This document shows, one piece after another, positions 45,253 through 53,806 of a DNA stretch of 64,000 nucleotides; positions within the stretch are counted from its first letter, which is position 1, and every line of letters starts with the position of its first letter. Location: NCBI GenBank assembly GCA_035536185.1, contig DATLOM010000018.1, forward strand, positions 7,865 to 71,864. Direction: 5' to 3'. The translations under genes and the position numbers were made by a program. The stretch is from Acidimicrobiales bacterium (GTDB lineage Bacteria > Actinomycetota > Acidimicrobiia > Acidimicrobiales > GCA-2861595). The notes beneath the pieces were generated by a model. That model ran no database searches. It had not been told where the DNA came from and saw nothing but the letters and a program-made list of their open reading frames with translations.

Positions 45253-45406
45253 GCCGCCTTGGAGCCGGAGCCGGCAGGAGAACCGGCCCAGCGGACGCCC
45301 GACTGCTCGACGAGGGAGAGCTCTTGGGTATCGCTCGGTTGAAGCCGGACATGGCCGGCCGTCTGGTGCGCCTGTCTGTCGGAGCCATGTACGACGCCCG
45401 CCCGTC

Positions 45407-46147
45407 TTGACCGTCGTCGATCTGGCCGCGCCCGCCGTCGCCGTCGCCATGGCCGCCGTCTTCACCGGCGCTGTCGCCCAAGCGGTGACCGGCTTCGGCT
45501 TCTCCCTCGTGAGCGCCCCGTTCCTCGTGCTGCTGCTGGGCCCGCTGCACGCCGTGCGCCTGGTCAACCTCCTCGCCCTCTTCTTCAACGTCGTCATGCT
45601 GGTCCGCGAGCACAAGGGCGTCGATCTCGGGAACGTGGCCCGGCTCCTGGCTCCCGCACTGGTCGTGGCACCCGTGGCGGCCTACGTGGTCCACAGCACC
45701 GACCCGGCGCTGCTGTCGATCGTCGTCGGGCTCACGGTGCTGGCCTGTGCACTGCTGCTCGCATCCGGACGGCGCGCCGAGCGGCTCCGCGGTCCGGGGG
45801 GCATGGTGGCCGCCGGGGCGGCCAGCGCGGCCATGAACACGACCAGCGGCGTGGGAGGGCCCACTGTCGCCATGTACGCCCTCAATGCGGGATGGCCCAC
45901 GGAGATGAGCCGCCCGACCTTCCAGGCGTACTTCCTCGGCCTCAACCTGCTCAGCTTCGTCTCCCTCGGGCCGGTGTCGCTCCAGCCCGTTCCCGCCGCC
46001 CTCCTCGCTGCCGCCATCGTCGGCGGTTACGTGGCCGGGGTGACCGCCCTGCACCGGCTAGACGCCGTCACCGTGGGCAAGGCCGTCATCGCCCTGGCCA
46101 TGGCCGGCGGGGTCGCAGCCGTCGTCCGTGGCATCGTCGACATGTGA
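45407..46147 (+). CDS. TauE/SafE-family sulfite/anion exporter
   Basis: Reads AVFTGAVAQAVTGFGFSLVSAPFLVLLLG...AMNTTSGVGGPTVAMYAL, with about seven TM segments. The TTG start at 45407 is tentative. Confidence 0.8.
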   Translation: MTVVDLAAPAVAVAMAAVFTGAVAQAVTGFGFSLVSAPFLVLLLGPLHAVRLVNLLALFFNVVMLVREHKGVDLGNVARLLAPALVVAPVAAYVVHSTDPALLSIVVGLTVLACALLLASGRRAERLRGPGGMVAAGAASAAMNTTSGVGGPTVAMYALNAGWPTEMSRPTFQAYFLGLNLLSFVSLGPVSLQPVPAALLAAAIVGGYVAGVTALHRLDAVTVGKAVIALAMAGGVAAVVRGIVDM

Positions 46148-46207
46148 GGCTGGAGACGGGAGGCTCCATCGCCTGATCGCCGGTACACCGGCGCCTACCG
46201 TGAGCAG

Positions 46208-47563
46208 GTGAGGGTGGCACGGACGCGTAGGTCCATTCCCGGCTTCCGTCACCCGGCGCAGTACATCGTCACCGCCTTTGTGGTCGCCAGCTTTCTCGGC
46301 GCCCTGCTGCTCGCCATCCCTTCTGCATCCCACGGCCCTGGTGGCGTGCCCTTCCTGACGGCGCTGTTCACCGCCACTTCTGCCATCTGTGTCACCGGCC
46401 TGGTCGTCGTCGACACGGCCAAGCAGTGGACGACTCTGGGTGAATGGATCATCCTCGGCCTCATCCAGATCGGTGGGTTCGGGATCATGACCCTGTCGTC
46501 GCTCATCGTGGTCGTGGTCGCCCACCGGCTGGGCTTGCGCCACCGTCTCATCGCCGCGGCCGAGACGGGATCGCTGAACCTCGGTGACGTCCGCCAGCTT
46601 CTGATCGGCGTGGCCCGGCTGAGCTTCGCAGTGGAGGCCACCGTGGCCGTCGCCTTGGGCCTGCGGTTCTGGATCAGCCACGACGAACAGCTGCGCCATG
46701 CTGCCTATCTCGGCATCTTCCACTCCGTTTCCGCTTTCAACAACGCCGGTTTCTCCCTCTTCAGCGACAACCTGATCGGGTTCAACCGGGACCCCTTCGT
46801 CCTGCTGGTCGTCGCCGCCGCCGTCGTCATCGGTGGTCTTGGGTTCCCGGTCTGGGTCCAGATCGCCCGGCACCGGCGTGAGCTCCGGCGCTGGAACCTC
46901 CACGCCAAGATCACAGTGGCCACCACCGCGGTGCTGGTGGTTGCCGGCGCGGCATTGTTCGCCTGGTTCGAATGGACGAACCCCAACACCCTCGGGCCCA
47001 TGTCCGTGACCGACGGGTTCATGAACTCGCTGTTCCACAGCGTGATGCCGCGGACCGCCGGGTTCAACTCGATCGACATCGCCGGCATGCGGGAGCCGAC
47101 ACGCCTGCTCACCGAGATACTGATGTTCATCGGAGGTGGGAGCGCCTCGACGGCGGGCGGGATCAAGGTGACCACCTTCGCCCTCCTGGGCTGGGTCATG
47201 TGGGCCGAGGTACGGGGCGATCCCGACGTGGTGGCCTTCGACCGCAGGATCCCGAATGAAGCCCAACGCCAGGCCGTGACGGTCGCTCTCCTGGGCATCG
47301 GCACCCTCATGGTCGCCACCATGGCGTTGCTGGCCACCACCGATCTTTCGAGATCCGATCTCCTCTTCGAAGCCGTGTCCGCCCTCGGCACGGTGGGGCT
47401 CTCGGCCGGCGTCACGGGCCTGCTGTCGACCACGTCACAATTGATAGTCATCGTGCTGATGATCCTCGGGCGGGTCGGGCCTCCGACGTTGTTCGCCGCA
47501 CTGGTCCTGCGAGAGCGGCGCCGCCTCTACCAGAACCCATACGAAAGGCCGATCATTGGTTGA
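46208..47563 (+). CDS. trkH: TrkH/KtrB-family potassium uptake protein
   Basis: Pore-loop glycine motifs are CVTGLVV, NNAGFSLF, RTAGFNSID and GGGSASTAGGIKVTTFALL. Confidence 0.9.
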   Translation: MRVARTRRSIPGFRHPAQYIVTAFVVASFLGALLLAIPSASHGPGGVPFLTALFTATSAICVTGLVVVDTAKQWTTLGEWIILGLIQIGGFGIMTLSSLIVVVVAHRLGLRHRLIAAAETGSLNLGDVRQLLIGVARLSFAVEATVAVALGLRFWISHDEQLRHAAYLGIFHSVSAFNNAGFSLFSDNLIGFNRDPFVLLVVAAAVVIGGLGFPVWVQIARHRRELRRWNLHAKITVATTAVLVVAGAALFAWFEWTNPNTLGPMSVTDGFMNSLFHSVMPRTAGFNSIDIAGMREPTRLLTEILMFIGGGSASTAGGIKVTTFALLGWVMWAEVRGDPDVVAFDRRIPNEAQRQAVTVALLGIGTLMVATMALLATTDLSRSDLLFEAVSALGTVGLSAGVTGLLSTTSQLIVIVLMILGRVGPPTLFAALVLRERRRLYQNPYERPIIG

Positions 47564-48257
47564 CCGAACCAGAGGAGCTCGCAAGCGCCACGCCCCTGCG
47601 GCCGAGGCCGGCGACCAGGTCGTGGTGATCGGTCTGGGACGGTTCGGCGGCGCGGTGGCCGCCGAGCTGTGCCGGCTCCAGTTCGAGGTCCTCGGCATCG
47701 ACGGCGACGGAGACCGCATCCAGCACTACTCCGAGATGCTCACCCACGTCGTACAGGCCGACTCCACCAACCAGGCCGCCCTGCAGCAGCTCGGAGTGGC
47801 CGACTTCAGTCATGCCGTCGTGGGCATAGGTACCGACATCGAAGCAAGCATCCTGACCGTCGCCGCTCTCGAGGATCTCGGGGTCTCCAACATCTGGGCC
47901 AAGGCCGTGACGAAAGAGCACGGGCGAATTCTGGAGAGGGTCGGTGCCCATCACGTGGTGTACCCAGAGCACGACATGGGTCACAGGGTCGCCCATCTCG
48001 TAGGAGGGCGGATCATCGACTGGTTCCAGCTCGACGAGGACTTCGCCATGGTCGAGACCGCGGTGCCGGATGAGCTGGCCGGACGGTCCCTCGGCGAGAT
48101 GGGCATCCGGGCCCGCTACGGGGTGACCGTCGTCTGCGTGAAGCCCGCGGGCCAGAGCTTCACCTACGCCACCCCCGACACGGTGCTGGAGAAGGGAACG
48201 ATCCTCGTCGTCGCCGGCCCCGGAAAGAGCGCCGCCGCCTTCGCGGCCCTCGACTGA
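47556..48257 (+). CDS. trkA: TrkA/KtrA potassium transporter NAD-binding subunit
   Basis: Has the Rossmann motif VVVIGLGRFGGAVAAEL and a C-terminal TrkA-C segment (GRSLGEMGIRARYGVTVVCVK). It overlaps the trkH end by 8 nt. Confidence 0.9.
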   Translation: MVDRTRGARKRHAPAAEAGDQVVVIGLGRFGGAVAAELCRLQFEVLGIDGDGDRIQHYSEMLTHVVQADSTNQAALQQLGVADFSHAVVGIGTDIEASILTVAALEDLGVSNIWAKAVTKEHGRILERVGAHHVVYPEHDMGHRVAHLVGGRIIDWFQLDEDFAMVETAVPDELAGRSLGEMGIRARYGVTVVCVKPAGQSFTYATPDTVLEKGTILVVAGPGKSAAAFAALD

Positions 48258-48278
48258 CGCTCGCAAAAGGCGTAGAAA

Positions 48279-48719
48279 TTGGGCATGACCGATACCCCCC
48301 GCGCCCGCCTGCACCACATCGCCATCACCGTCACCGACGTCGACGCCAGCGTTCGCTGGTACGAGAGCGTCTTCGGCGTCAAGTTCTTGATGGAGGCCCC
48401 TCACGAAGGTGGCACCGGCATGCTCCTGGCCGACGAGAAATTTGAGTTGGCCATCGTGCTGCACCGCCACGATGCCAACGACGGGGAGCTGTTCAAGGAG
48501 ACGGTGACGGGTCTCGATCACCTCGGTTTGGGTGTCGCCACCCGTGCCGACCTCGAAGCCTGGGTGACCCATCTCGAGAGCCACGGTGTGGTCAGGTCAG
48601 AGGCCGCCGACAGGCCGCTGACGCAATCGCCCATCGCCGAGACCCCCTACGGCTCGATCCTCGTCTTCCGCGACCCCGACAACATCCAGCTCGAGCTCTT
48701 TGCTCCTCCAGGCACCTGA
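48279..48719 (+). CDS. VOC (glyoxalase/dioxygenase) family protein
   Basis: Reads RLHHIAITVTDVDASVRWYESVFG...LDHLGLGV...VFRDPDNIQLELF. Confidence 0.8.
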   Translation: MGMTDTPRARLHHIAITVTDVDASVRWYESVFGVKFLMEAPHEGGTGMLLADEKFELAIVLHRHDANDGELFKETVTGLDHLGLGVATRADLEAWVTHLESHGVVRSEAADRPLTQSPIAETPYGSILVFRDPDNIQLELFAPPGT

Positions 48720-48975
48720 GAGATCGCGGTGACGTCGACCGGGAGCTGAAAGCCAGATCGAGACCGAGGTCGCCGTTCGCCGCCCTTCGCCCTGGAGGCG
48801 TTCACCGACCTGGGCGCCAACGTCTGCGAGTCCACCCGACGCAGCGAGGCCAGCCCGCTCATCCCCCACCGGGACAAGGTCCGAGGAGGCTTCATTTTTT
48901 GCCGTGACAAAGAGACGCGGCGAGGTGCTGTAGAGCCGGGTCGTGGCGCCACTCTTGCGACCAGAGATTGGTTGT

Positions 48976-49404
48976 TCAGACGAAGCGGAGATCCTCGCCA
49001 TCGGCCTCGTCGACTGTGCGCTCGCAGGTAGGGCACCACCAACGCGCTTCCATGGCGCTTCCGCAGGCTTCGTGGTGGACGCCGTCGCCGTCGCCGCTAC
49101 GTGTCGCCCCCCACTGGGCCAGCAGGCGCAGCGCGCCGGCCAGTTCCCGGCCGGCGGCGGTGAGGTCGTAGACGAAGCGCGGGGGCCGGCTGGAGTAAGG
49201 CTCGGCCACGACGATCCCACTCTGCTCGAGGCTCTTGAGGCGCCGGCTCAGGATGTTGGGGGCGATGCCGGGAACTGCTTCGGAGAGCTCCCCGAAGCGT
49301 TTCGCTCCGTCCAGGAGCCCATGGACGACCAGAAGGCTCCAGCGGTCGCCGACCTGGGCCAGCGCCCACTCGAGCGGTGACTCCTGGTCCTGATGGCTGG
49401 CCAT
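48976..49404 (-). CDS. HxlR-family transcriptional regulator with a Cys/His-rich C-terminal tail
   Basis: Reads VGDRWSLLVVHGLLDGAKRFGELSEAVPGIAPNILSRRLKSLEQSGIVVAEPYSSRPPRFVYDLTAAG. The tail reads HHEACGSAMEARWWCPTCERTV. Start at the internal ATG 49404. Confidence 0.8.
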   Translation of the reverse strand: MASHQDQESPLEWALAQVGDRWSLLVVHGLLDGAKRFGELSEAVPGIAPNILSRRLKSLEQSGIVVAEPYSSRPPRFVYDLTAAGRELAGALRLLAQWGATRSGDGDGVHHEACGSAMEARWWCPTCERTVDEADGEDLRFV

Positions 49405-49486
49405 GGCCTCATCCTGCCCCGGAACAACGCTCAATGGTGTATCGTTGTGACTTGCAAGGAGCAAGTGACTACGGAGGGACTAAACC

Positions 49487-50386
49487 ATGGGCATCCTGGA
49501 TGAGCTGCAGCAGGCGGTGACGACCGTCTCGGAGAGAGTCGGGCCGGCGGTGGTGCGCATCGGCCGGGGGCCGGGGCGCGGTGCCGGGGTCGTCATCGCC
49601 CCGGGCACGGTGGTGACCAACGCCCACAACCTCCGGGGCGAGGAGGCCACCATCGGCTTCACCGACGGCCGGAGCGAGACCGGGCGCCTGGCCGGCGTCG
49701 ACGTGGACGGTGACCTAGCCGTCCTCACGGTTCCGACGGCGGAGATCGAACCGGTGGAGTGGGGCGAGGAGGTGGGCACCGGCTCGCCCGTCTTCGCCCT
49801 CACCTCCAGCCGGGACGGTGGAGTGCGGGTGACGTTCGGCCTCGTGTCCAACGTAGGCCAGTCCTTCCGTGGCCCCCGGGGCCGGCACATCGCCGGCAGC
49901 TTCGAGCACACCGCTCCGATGCGACGGGGCTCCTCGGGCGGCCCGGTCGTGGACGGCTCCGGACGGGTGGTCGGGATCAACACCAACCGCCTGGGAGACG
50001 GCTTCTACCTTGCCCTTCCGGCCGACGAGGCCCTCAGGCGGCGCCTCGATGCCTTGGCCAAGGGCGAGTCGCCCCGGCGGGTGCACCTCGGCGTGGCCCT
50101 CGCCCCGGCCGCCGCCGCCCGCCACCTCCGCCGTGCCGTCGGCCTGCCCGAGCGCGACGGCCTCCTCGTGCGCGGGGTCCAGGACGACAGCCCCGCCGGC
50201 CACGCCGGCCTGCGCCAGGGTGACCTGATCGTCGGCGCCGGTGACCACGTGGTGACGAGGCTCGAAGACCTTCACGCCGCCCTGGACGAGGCCGCCGGCG
50301 GAGGCTCGATCACCCTTCACGTCGTGCGAGCCACCGAAGAGTTCGACGTGGTAGTCGAGCTCCAGGCCGGCGCCGAACCCGAGTAA
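49487..50386 (+). CDS. S1C (HtrA/DegP-like) trypsin-family serine protease with PDZ domain
   Basis: Triad blocks are VVTNAHNL (His), GDLAVLTV (Asp) and RRGSSGGPVVDGSGRVVGINT (Ser). The PDZ segment is LLVRGVQDDSPAGHAGLRQGDLIV. No obvious signal peptide or TM segment. Confidence 0.85.
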   Translation: MGILDELQQAVTTVSERVGPAVVRIGRGPGRGAGVVIAPGTVVTNAHNLRGEEATIGFTDGRSETGRLAGVDVDGDLAVLTVPTAEIEPVEWGEEVGTGSPVFALTSSRDGGVRVTFGLVSNVGQSFRGPRGRHIAGSFEHTAPMRRGSSGGPVVDGSGRVVGINTNRLGDGFYLALPADEALRRRLDALAKGESPRRVHLGVALAPAAAARHLRRAVGLPERDGLLVRGVQDDSPAGHAGLRQGDLIVGAGDHVVTRLEDLHAALDEAAGGGSITLHVVRATEEFDVVVELQAGAEPE

Positions 50387-50397
50387 AAAGCGGCGCG

Positions 50398-50457
50398 ATG
50401 TGCACGAAGCGTCGTGATCTGGCGCCGAGGGGGCCGATCACAGCGCTGGATGCACAT
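50398..50457. repeat. Palindromic intergenic element, copy 1 (60 bp)
   Basis: ATGTGCACGAAGCGTCGTGATC-[16 nt]-GATCACAGCGCTGGATGCACAT. The arms are imperfect inverted repeats (17 of 22 positions by my count). It is nearly identical to copy 2. Confidence 0.8.
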
Positions 50458-50535
50458 CTCGGCGGCGTCGGCGAGGACGTCCGGCCTGAGCCAGACGTAG
50501 GCGAACGCCGGCGGAGCCGCGCCGGTCTCGGTCCG

Positions 50536-50596
50536 ATGTGCACGGAGCGTCGTGATCTGCCGCCGACGGGCGTCGATCACAGCGCTGGATGCACAT
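50536..50596. repeat. Palindromic intergenic element, copy 2 (61 bp)
   Basis: ATGTGCACGGAGCGTCGTGATC-[17 nt]-GATCACAGCGCTGGATGCACAT. The right arm is identical to copy 1 and the left arm differs at one position. The loops differ. Confidence 0.8.
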
Positions 50597-50750
50597 TGGG
50601 CGGCGCAGGCGAACCGGTGTGACGCCAGACGTTGGGGCAGCGCCGGCGGGCCCGCGCCGCGGCAGCGAGGCCCGCGACCTGCGCCTTCTCGGCGCCGACG
50701 GCCACGGCCAGGCGCTGCTCGATGCCCGCCGCCGCCTCCGGCCTGCTGGC

Positions 50751-51182
50751 TCAGCTCCGGACGAAAGTGACCTTCTTGGTACCGCTGACGCACTCGTAGT
50801 AGGCCCGAGGGAGGGGGTCCTGCTCCGTCCGGGTGCGCTCACAGTGGAAGCCCTCTACGTCCAGCTCCGCCGGTCCCCCGGAGCTGGTCCGCTGCCCGGC
50901 GACGCGGACGAACGCCTCGGCCTCGTCGCACGCGAGGCCCGTCGCTTCGATGTCGCTGGCGAGGTCCTCGCTGTTCGGAGTGAACGGCACGGACCGGCAC
51001 TTCGCGGTCGCCGGCGCCGGGCTCATGCTGGTGGTCGAAGGCGCCGTGGTCGAGGTGGTCACCGCCGAAGAGGTGGTGGCCGTCGCGCCGTCGTCGGGAT
51101 CGTCGTCGTCGCCACACCCGGCCAGGAGCAGCATCCCGGCCGCCATCGCCGCCCGCAACAGCGAGGTTCGTGGGTTCAGCAC
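50751..51182 (-). CDS. Putative lipoprotein
   Basis: Has the lipobox MLLLAGCGDDDD after a basic N-region, then a Thr/Ser/Ala-rich linker, then a Cys-containing domain (KCRSVPF...GLACDEAEAF...FHCERT...YYECVSG). The GTG start at 51182 is tentative. Confidence 0.65.
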   Translation of the reverse strand: MLNPRTSLLRAAMAAGMLLLAGCGDDDDPDDGATATTSSAVTTSTTAPSTTSMSPAPATAKCRSVPFTPNSEDLASDIEATGLACDEAEAFVRVAGQRTSSGGPAELDVEGFHCERTRTEQDPLPRAYYECVSGTKKVTFVRS

Positions 51183-51224
51183 GGCCCGATGGTACCCAGC
51201 CCCGACGGGTGCTCGAACCAACAC

Positions 51225-51587
51225 TCAGCGGTTGCGCAAGCGATCGAGCCGGCGCCGGTCCCGCTTGGTAGGACGACCCGTCGCCGGGTCCCTGACGAAA
51301 CCGGAGGGCAGAGTTTCCCGGGGCGGCGCCGGCGGGCTGTGGTCGATCATGCACTCAGCCGCCACGGCCGGGCTCACCCGCGTCTCGATCACCCGCGCCA
51401 CCTCCAGCAGGCGGTCGCGGTCCTGAGCCCGCGCCGCCACCCGGTCACCCACTCTCACGGGTGTGGAAGCCTTCACGGCCGACCCGTTCACCCGAACATG
51501 CCCGCCCCGGCACGCCGCGCTGGCCTGCGACCGGGTCTTGTAGACCCGCACCGCCCACAGCCAGCGGTCGACCCGGGTCACCTCCAC
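51225..51587 (-). CDS. RNA-binding S4 domain protein (Hsp15-like)
   Basis: Reads RVDRWLWAVRVYKTRSQASAACRGGHVRVNGSAVKASTPVRVGDRV, followed by a basic C-terminal tail. GTG start 51587 or 51581. Confidence 0.8.
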   Translation of the reverse strand: MEVTRVDRWLWAVRVYKTRSQASAACRGGHVRVNGSAVKASTPVRVGDRVAARAQDRDRLLEVARVIETRVSPAVAAECMIDHSPPAPPRETLPSGFVRDPATGRPTKRDRRRLDRLRNR

Positions 51588-51616
51588 CCGGGCATGGTGG
51601 CACGTGAGGCCGACGG

Positions 51617-52000
51617 CGGACTTGGTCACCGCGGCGCCGTCGCCAAACACCAGGTTCCCCCGCCCAGGGACTTGGTGCCCGAAGCGGGCCAGGGCCGCCA
51701 GCGCACCAGGGGGTCCCCCCCCCCAGCGAACTTGGTGACCGAAGCGAACCAGGTGCCGTCAAACGCACCAGGTTCCCCCGCCCAGCGAACCTGGTGCCCG
51801 AAGCGTGCCAGGCGCCGCCCAAACGCATCGGGCCCCGCCCGGCAAACTTGGTGCCCGAAGCGGTGCCAGGCGCTGCTCAAACCCATCAGGGTCCCCCCCA
51901 GCGAACTTGGTGACCGAAGCGGGCCAGGCCGCCCAACGCACCAGGTTCCCCCGCCTAGGGACTTGGTGCCCGAAGGCGGCGCCAGGGTGCCGCCACGCAC
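51617..52000. repeat. Tandem array of 6-7 copies of a 56-60 bp unit, each with an internal hairpin
   Basis: The anchor A(C/A)CTTGGTG / ACCTGGTG recurs at 51620, 51670, 51730, 51789, 51846, 51905 and 51961. The unit consensus is roughly CACCAGGTTCCCCCGCCCAGCGAACTTGGTGCCCGAAGCGGGCCAGGCGCCGCCCAAACG. CACCAGGTTC and GAACCTGGTG are reverse complements (perfect in the third unit). Confidence 0.85.
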
Positions 52001-52098
52001 ACCAGCTTCGCAAGCGGGGCCTCGGGCGCGAGCGTTGCCCCTGTTGCGCGACCTGGCCGGCGGTCCACCGGCGAGAGGCGCGGGGGCTGGCATGATCG

Positions 52099-53742
52099 AT
52101 GGCCGCCATGTCCCGCACCGTCACCCTCCGCCCCTGGCAGAAGGCCGCTCTCGAGCGGCTCGCCGCCGGCACGTCACCAGACTTCCTCGCCGTGGCCACG
52201 CCCGGCGCCGGCAAGACCACCTTCGCCCTCACCGCGGCGCGACAGGCGCTGGCCGCCCACCCCGGTCGCCGGCTCCTGGTGGTCGTGCCGACGGCGCACC
52301 TCAAAGGGCAGTGGGCCCGGGCGGCGGCGAGCTTCGACCTGCACCTCGACCCCTGCTGGACCGCGGTCGACGGTGCTCTGCCGGCCGATATGCACGGGAT
52401 CGTCACCACCTACCAGCAGGTGGCGAGCTGCGCCGGCGTGCTGAGGGCGTTGGCCGGCGACGCCATGGTGATCTTCGACGAGCTCCATCACGCGGCCGAG
52501 GAGCGGGCCTGGGGCGACGGCCTGCGGACGGCTTTCGAGACGGCGCCGAGGCGTCTGGCCCTCTCCGGCACCCCTTTCCGCTCCGACACCCACGCCATCC
52601 CCTTCGTCTCCTACGCGGCCGACGAGGCGGTGCCCGACTACGAGTACGGCTACGGGGACGCGCTGGCCGACGGCGGCGTGGTGCGACCCGTCTACTTCCC
52701 CCGCATCGACGGGATGATGGAGTGGAGCGGCCCCGACGGCACCCTCCACGCCCACAGCTTCGACGATCCGCTCGACGCCGCCCGGGCCGGCCAGCGCCTG
52801 CGCACTGCGTACTCGCTGGGGGGCGAGTGGCTCCCCCACGTGCTCCGCCAGGCCCACGAGCAGCTGACGGCCATCCGGAAGCGCCAGCCTGATGCCGGCG
52901 GCCTGGTCATCGCCACCGACCAGGACCACGCCAGGGGCATCGCCCGCCTGCTGAGAGACCGGCTGCGGGTCAAGGCGGCGGTGGCCACATCCGACGACCC
53001 CGGCGCCTCCGACGTCATCTCCGGCTTCGCCGCCGGCAGGGACGAGTGGATCGTCGCCGTGCGCATGGTGGCCGAAGGCGTCGACATCCCCCGGCTGCGG
53101 GTGGGCGTCTTCGCCACCACCATCACCACCGAGCTGTTCTTCCGCCAGGCTGTCGGCCGCCTCGTGCGGTGGACCCGCGGCACCTCAGGGCAGAAGTCGT
53201 TCCTCTACATCCCCGACGAGCCCCGGCTCCGAGCCCGCGCCTTCGCCATCGCCGAGCAGCGCCGCCACTCGCTCCGCCACCAGGACCGGGAGGTGACGGC
53301 GGGCCAGCCGAGGGAGGAGATCGTGGCCGAGGACCTCTTCTCCATGTTCGAGCCGATCTCCGCCGTTCCCCTCGGCCACGGTGACGAGCCGGACTGGGTC
53401 ATCGACGGCGACGGCTTCCCGGAGCCGGCCGACGACGCCAGCCTCACCATCCCCCTGCCGCCGCTGCCCCTCGGCGGGCCGGGCATGGCGGGCGTAGATG
53501 GCGCGGGCTCCGGCGGCCGCACCCGGCGCGAGCACAAGGAGCACCTGCGCAAGGCCAACGCCGACAAGGCCCGGCTCATCGCCCGCCACACCGGCATGAC
53601 CCACGCCAGCGTGAACGCCGAGCTGAACCGCGTCAGCGGGGTCAAGAAGATCAGCGACGCCACGGTCGAGCAGCTCGACCGCCGGCTGGACAAGGCCGAG
53701 CAATGGCTGCGTCAGGCCTCCGCCCGCCGCGTCGTCGGCTGA
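52099..53742 (+). CDS. Superfamily-2 DEAD/DEAH-box helicase (type III restriction res-subunit-like fold)
   Basis: Reads LRPWQKAAL, Walker A VATPGAGKTTFAL, DExH as VIFDELHHAAE, SGTPFRSD, and motif VI FFRQAVGRLVRW. The start may be the ATG at 52108. Confidence 0.85.
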   Translation: MAAMSRTVTLRPWQKAALERLAAGTSPDFLAVATPGAGKTTFALTAARQALAAHPGRRLLVVVPTAHLKGQWARAAASFDLHLDPCWTAVDGALPADMHGIVTTYQQVASCAGVLRALAGDAMVIFDELHHAAEERAWGDGLRTAFETAPRRLALSGTPFRSDTHAIPFVSYAADEAVPDYEYGYGDALADGGVVRPVYFPRIDGMMEWSGPDGTLHAHSFDDPLDAARAGQRLRTAYSLGGEWLPHVLRQAHEQLTAIRKRQPDAGGLVIATDQDHARGIARLLRDRLRVKAAVATSDDPGASDVISGFAAGRDEWIVAVRMVAEGVDIPRLRVGVFATTITTELFFRQAVGRLVRWTRGTSGQKSFLYIPDEPRLRARAFAIAEQRRHSLRHQDREVTAGQPREEIVAEDLFSMFEPISAVPLGHGDEPDWVIDGDGFPEPADDASLTIPLPPLPLGGPGMAGVDGAGSGGRTRREHKEHLRKANADKARLIARHTGMTHASVNAELNRVSGVKKISDATVEQLDRRLDKAEQWLRQASARRVVG

Positions 53743-53806
53743 CGCCTCCGCGCCAGTTGATCGGAAGCGGGCTACGGCGCCCGCCGGGGCGACCTCACCC
53801 GGCTCC

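Noticed and set aside
46148-46207. Possible riboswitch (for example a c-di-AMP/ydaO type) upstream of trkH
   Set aside because: The spacer is only ~60 bp. That is too short for such an aptamer, and I could not see the conserved helices.
48720-48975. Possible gene fragment or terminator in the 257-bp spacer after the VOC gene (contains GGCTTCATTTTTTGCC)
   Set aside because: The T6 run has no convincing preceding GC hairpin. The best reading frame (FALEAFTDLGANVCESTRR...) has no start, no motif and poor length. Left unannotated.
51617-52000. Possible CRISPR array (about 60-bp period; repeat half resembling type I-E repeats)
   Set aside because: The segments between the hairpins are homologous to each other rather than unique spacers. 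The repeats are degenerate. No cas genes or leader occur in the window. Called a tandem repeat instead.
50589-52892. 767-aa ORF on the plus strand spanning the repeat region
   Set aside because: It runs antisense through the lipoprotein and S4-domain genes. It then passes through the tandem repeat and out of frame into the helicase gene. It has an Arg/Pro/Gly-rich composition and no motifs, so it is a high-GC shadow ORF.
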